Part shown: positions 58,001 through 64,000 of the stretch, piece by piece
Numbering within the stretch: the stretch's first letter is position 1
How the letters are laid out: each line of letters begins with the position of its first letter
From: Trichoplax adhaerens
Taxonomy: Eukaryota; Animalia; Placozoa
Length of the DNA: 64,000 bases
Direction of reading: 5' to 3'
NCBI RefSeq assembly: GCF_000150275.1
Contig: NW_002060945.1
Span: 6,501,607 to 6,565,606, forward strand
The notes under the pieces: model-generated
Seen by the model: only the letters and a program-made list of their open reading frames with translations
What the model was told of the DNA's origin: nothing
The model's database searches: none
Made by a program: the position numbers and the translations under genes

Positions 58001-61000
58001 GCTGGTATCGTTCAAGCTACACCTTTGATGGAAGAATTTAAAATTTCTAGAGAGTATATCGAACAAATTTTAACGGGTGTTGTTACTTTGCTAAATTTAC
58101 ATCCGAATTTTTGTATTCGGGATCAAAAATCTCTTGCTGTGCCTGTTTGCCATGCTCTATATAGCATTGGATGTTACGAAGCATTGCAAAGGCGTAAAAA
58201 TAACCAAACATGCTTAATTGGCTTTACATCTGAGGTGTTAAATTGGCTAATCTCTCAAATTGGTTCCGACTGTAATCAACAGGTTCAATCAATTACTTTC
58301 AATGACTTAAAAGGATATCGTTGTATCATTCACTTTACTTTTTCAATTTGTATAGCCACTTCTAGGTCCACTAAGCCAATGGTCATGGCTTGAAATATCT
58401 TACCAAGATAATTTAAATAAGGTAATTCTAAATTCAATAGTTTCATGAGTTAGCATCTGAAATCAATATTCTATCCCGTGTAGATCATAATGCTTTTTGA
58501 TATCTTGTTTGAATAGCTGCCTCAGACAATTAGCCATGGTTTAGATGCGGAAGAGTAAGGCTTCTATCTTTGAAGTATCCTTGTTTTAAATTATTAAAGT
58601 ATGCTTCTTCAGTTATTTAAGTCTGTATGGTGTTGTACTATATTTACAGTCAACCGAGTCCAAAGAAAGCAAAACTGGATGATTCTGTTGTTAAAAATAT
58701 AAACGCATCTTCGACTGGGTAAATAAATAAGCCAAATCCTATTTATATTTGAGAGGTTTATATTATAGTTACTTATTGTTATACTATTTGTTGTATAGAT
58801 GTGCATATCGATGAAATTTGTTAATGATTACCAAAATGCTAAATTTTTATTTTTTAGTGACGTCACGGATAATTTAAATTATGATTCTGTAGCTTTTGCA
58901 ATGATGTCCAAAAGGTATTTTGATCTATGTAGTTTGCTATCAAAATCTTTCGAGGGACTCGACGTACTGGAGGTAAAGCATCTTTGTGAATATCGATTGA
59001 ACCTCTAGATATCCATTTTCATTGATAAATTTTTGATCAGGCAATTTTTCGCGTAAATGGTTATTAAATATTTAACCCCTATAGATTGTCCAAACTATGG
59101 AAGGCATCCGCATATGTATTGAAACTTTTGCGAGATGTAATATCATGGTATTATCATTAAGCCCATCAACTCGTAATACAAGTAGCATCAGTTATGGCTG
59201 TGCAAAGGGATCACAATATATGTCGCAAAATTTAAATTCAGATAATGTACTTCAAGGCAGTTCAGAGATTGTTAACCCAGAGTCTGGGATTAATCTTTCA
59301 TTATATGCGATTAAGAATTCTTGGTTTAATAGTGATCAATTATCGCTATTATATACTACATGGAAAAATATTTTACTGCGCTTAAAGAGTATAGTAGAGG
59401 ATGAACTAGAGTTAGTAGTTAACCTGGAAGCCGTTTATAAAATTATTATCAATTCTGCTGGTGCTATCCTGAACTTGTGTTATCCTAGTGAAGTCTTAAC
59501 GTTATCTGATGATTTATTGTATTATCTAACTAACCTGGTTTCTTTACCTTGGATTCATGAGATTAACCAAGATTGTATAGATATGATTATAGATAATGAT
59601 ATCAAATCTATTAGTACTGCCATTGCCAAGTATTTAGGTAGGTTCTCGCCATTATTCAAGTTTTGCGTGAAATGGAGATTGTACAGTATATTAACCTTAA
59701 TAATTTTTATATGTAGATGATAGCAAGTGTGGTAGTATCCACAATCTTGCTTTGCTACCTTACGGTGTTGCACCTTCTTTTCGAATGGAAGTCTTTAAGA
59801 AATGCTTGTTGCCATCCAACAATGAATCATTAAGAATAGCAGCGGTAAAATCAGTACCTCAATTTCTGACCAATTTAGGGGTGCAGTATTATCATGAAAT
59901 TATATCTTATTTATCGTAAGTCTATAATATTTTCAGCTTATGCATTCATTGCAGCGATATCCTTAAAAAGTTTAAAAATGTAAATGAATTTCTTTTATCT
60001 TCATTCAGGAATATTTTAGATACCGATTCATGTAGTATAAAAGAAACTGTTGCATCTTGTATAGGCAGTATTGCCTGTGCGCTTTCGCAATCTCCGAAAT
60101 TACAATGGTATGAGGAGGGTTCGCATTCATAATTACGTACGGGATTATTACAGTTATTCTATTATATGAACATTTGCAGGTCAAGCAATATCTCATTCGA
60201 TAGCACTATTGCCGATGGAGCTACTCTTCACTGTTCGTATTGTCAGAAGCTAATTGAAGATAGTTATTCATCAGCGGAGCGCGGTTCTGGTAAATTTCAT
60301 CGTTTCCCTGTTATTTTAGTTTATCAGAAGGGTTATAGCGAATTTGTGCTTTTTCTGTCTAAGCGGTTTTATGTGCCGACGCGGAAATTTTATTGCCGTT
60401 CATGAAATTGTTAGACGTAAAGTGTTCCCGATCCATAAAGCTAGGTAAATATTTAATGTATAATAAAATACATTATAGATTATGATTGATAACACATGCT
60501 AAAAGATTTATCTATTTTTACATTTGGTAGCATTTATGAACAGTATACCAAGGCTCATCAGTCATCTAGGTAAAGTCAAATTCGTTTTTTTATGAAGATT
60601 TATTAACGAATTGATATAATATAAAAGAGTTTGATATAGCATTAATTAAATTATTCTGTATTCAGTTTAGGTAGTTTAAAAAAAATAATAGTGTATGTCA
60701 CTTTACTAATATACTTAATATTGTGAAGTATATTAAGTGACTCAATGCAAAATTACCAAATTTTATTTGTTTCAGACATAGCTGCTTTAAATTCGGATTC
60801 GTACAGTCTGGCTAAATCAATAATGGGCTTGGTGGATGATCCAGATCATGAAGTTCGATTGATATTTAGGTAGTGATAACTTAATTTTAAAGTAATAGCT
60901 ACATTCTAAGATATTTTATTGTTGTGAAACGACAAATCAATTTTTTTATTGCAATTTTCATTTTAGCTATTTAGTACGGTTTCTCCTGTATGAAACATCA

Positions 61001-64000
61001 CCGCCTACAGAAGATCTTTTAGGCAGCATTCAAAATAATTTTGCTGCCACGCCAGTAAATTCGTTGAATGGATATGTGGTTTCGAAAATAAAGTCTGTTC
61101 TAAGTAAAGCCCTTAAAGAAAGCAATCATAGGTAATCTAATTCTTAATGTTAATAATTTAGTGTGAAATGAAGGTTTAAATTTTAACAAATTTTTATCTT
61201 TTTTGTACGTAAATATTTAGCTTGTTGGAAACGATATATCTTACTATCGGTCAAATTGGAAGGTGCTAATATTTACCTGCAGCTCTGTCAGATGTTTAAT
61301 CTTATAATTTAAGTCTTCAAATAGTCATTGTAAAGGCATCTTTTGTATTCACTTCAAACAGAATTGCTGAGGGAGAACTGTTACTTGTTGTGGTTATTGC
61401 TCTTTTGGAAGGATTACTGTCAACTTATGGTGCTGTAGTAGCCGTTACGTTCGATCAGGTTACATGTTGTTTAATAATCCGATTTCGGATATAATTTCGA
61501 TATTATAACATATCGATAATTGATTAATTACTGTAGATACGACTTGTTGCAAAGTCAAAGGCTCTAAGCCCTGAGAAATTGTTTAACCGATTTAAAGAGA
61601 AGCTTTGTGAGGTAAGCATCTCTGCATAGTGAAATATTCACTCTATGTCTGGTTTCATCGTTGAAGCATTCACAAAGGTGTAACAAATACATCTTAGTTG
61701 CGTATTGACGATTTAAATTCGTAAAATAAGAGATCACTTGAAGGAATGTATTCAGCATTATTGATGTAAAATATTTTGACTGCAAAACATGAAAAGGTGT
61801 TAGTAGATAACATTCATGATAATTCTTTGGAAGCAAAACAAGCGATCGAAACATCTATTGGAGAGGTATAGTATCTAGTTCAATTATGGGTTTAAATGAT
61901 CTTGTAATTCGGGTTCAGCGGTTCCAATATTTATTTTTCGTATTATACTTACATGCATGATTTCTAAGGTGGTTAGGGTTTTCGCTTTCAAAGATATTGG
62001 AACTTTCTTAAAGGTAATATTGAAATATATCCACAAGATTTTATGACATGCCAACTTAATTGGTACATCTTCCTTTTATTTGGTAAAATGTAGAACTTTT
62101 TATATCTGTTATTGCCGCGGTTAACCAGTAAAGCAAGTAAAACCGCCTCTGGATTATTGCGGGAAATCGCGACGGCGTTAAACATGGTATTTAACTTGTA
62201 AATTATTCGTTATATGATGGATATAATTTCTCTGATTCATGCATTAACTTTGGCTTATAGGATTATTATCTTATGTACGTTGATAATTTTCCATACGTAG
62301 CAACTTTTTTAATCACAAACTGTAATAGTGAAATACAAGAGAAAGCATTTCATTTTGTGGAAGTAAGAAAACTTCACTATTCGCTTTCGTATCAATATTA
62401 CGTATGACTTAGGCAGTCTATTTTTTTATTCTTAACAGGAAGAAAGTACGGTTGATTTATTTGGCTTACTAAAATCTAGTAGTCAGAAGCTACTTGGCCA
62501 GTTATTACTTTATCTTGGATCTCATTTTACTGAGGTACGACTTCGTACTCTGATATACGCGTATGATTAAAAATTGTCATTAGTTTGATCTCTTTGTAAT
62601 AATAAATTGCCTTCATAAGACTATAACGTAGTGTAACTTATCATGTATAACTTTAGGTTTTTAACGGACTATTGATGCTAGCTGGTTGGGATGAGACGTT
62701 CAAATGCGAATTTGCTGATCCAGAAAAGGCTGTTGTAAGTAAATACACAAGTACGGCAAATTTAGAAGTATTTTTGGGTGAATAATATTACTCTTACATA
62801 GTTTTACGCTTCTTTGTAGGCTGATTATTTGCAACCAAAATTACTTGGAATACTTACATTTTTTAACTCAAGCTTGTTGCGAGCAGCTGATGCTGAAGAG
62901 AAAAAACGAGTTCGTGATTATAGCATCAATATCGTTAATATTTTTGGCGATTTTCAGTGTCTAATTTAGAAAAACAATTGCAAACTTTGTATGTATAAAT
63001 AGACACTTGAAAGCCTGATACATCTGATGGAATTGATGGGAGTAAAATACATTACGGCAGTTAGGGTCAAGATCATGGCCATACTGAGGTTTATTTAACC
63101 GTGCATATACAGTATAGTGTTCACCACTTCTGTCCGTAATAATAATCAAGAAATTTTGATATGTTACAAGGCCATTATTGTTCTATTTATACTTAGGGCT
63201 AGCCTACAACTTCGTGAAGAAAAATTGCTCCGCCTAGCGTGTCGTGCGTGGAATAGCTTTGTCAAAAGGTACAACTGTGACCCTGCCAGGAATACGCGAT
63301 TAATAGATATTCAATTTAAATTAAATCAATACATGTAATGCATCTACGATTATTTATAACGGATATAATATTTTGTGTAGTGTTGAATTGAGCAGCTTAG
63401 GTCCGATGTTAAGCCAAATTATTGCCATTTTATATCCTGTGATGAAGAAATACGCTGAATTTGTCTCACCTGTACTTGATTATTTAATAGTGGACAATAG
63501 GTCGGTTATTTGATATTTTACGAAATGGTATTAGAAAAAGTTAGTTGTGTGATTTATTGATTTCTATATTACAGATCACAGTTAAAGGAATATTTTCGGG
63601 AAATACCTTTTATACCGGATGTTCCACAATTGTTAAAAGCAAACAATGTCTTAAAAGAAGAGCTAGAAAGAGCAAACAGGTTCGTAGTAACATATAAAAT
63701 CGATTGTAAGATATACAGTATTACATGAAGTAATTACAATAATTTATTTAACTGTTAGCGGTGAGATTGGACCTAAAGAAAAATTATCCCAGATCATGAA
63801 AGGAGTTTGCCATGAAAGTGCTGACGTTCGATTGCATGCTTTATCGAACCTAAGGAGAGTTCTTTACGATCTTCAGGTACTATCACTTCTCCTTTATGGC
63901 CTCTGTGATTTTGTATACTCTTTAAGCAAGGCTATTTATGGTGGTTAATGCTAATAATAATTTTAACTTACCGTTTTCAGAGTCAAATACATGAATATGT
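55018..64000 (+). CDS. ATR: Serine/threonine kinase ATR (PIKK), 5' portion: N-terminal HEAT region into the UME domain; continues beyond window
   Basis: Many short exons. Translations ETRNLLCHLVSRYL (~56010-56101) and VSTQLAKKT..LLSFMQHL (~56340-56477) resemble the ATR N-terminus. ADYLQPKLLGILTFFN (~62820), LIHLMELMGVKYITAVRVKIM (~63003-63088) and LACRAWNSFVK (~63200) match ATR UME-region motifs as I recall them. Exon 1 (55018-55088) is phase-compatible with exon 2. Confidence 0.9.

Noticed and set aside
60696-60741. Imperfect hairpin in an ATR intron
   Set aside because: AT-rich and bulged; no evidence for a structured RNA.

Overview
Eukaryotic, AT-rich, intron-dense animal DNA with four assembly gaps. 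The style and gene content suggest an early-branching metazoan, probably a placozoan such as Trichoplax (inference only). The window holds a same-strand tandem array of three four-domain voltage-gated Na/Ca channel alpha-subunit genes of the Nav2 type: A (3' part only, 1-~3.5 kb), B (~6.8-27.3 kb) and C (~35.7-50.6 kb). The 5' portion of an ATR kinase gene follows (55.0 kb to the window end). Manual exon reconstruction shows strong divergence between the paralogues. C is near-canonical (DEEA filter, LFMT inactivation motif, full S4s, intact IQ motif). B has a DEDA filter, a basic outer vestibule, a domain-III S4 missing its three outer arginines, an Asp in IS6, a very long II-III linker, a degenerate IQ motif and an apparent 1-nt frameshift. 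A has an x-x-D-S filter. Two homologous minor-spliceosome (U12) intron positions carry different terminal dinucleotides in different paralogues (AT-AC, GT-AG and an AT-AG hybrid). The B-C intergenic region contains a 1.5-kb near-identical duplication between gaps (probably two haplotypes) and TG..CA-terminated repeat insertions. Exon coordinates were read by eye and are approximate.
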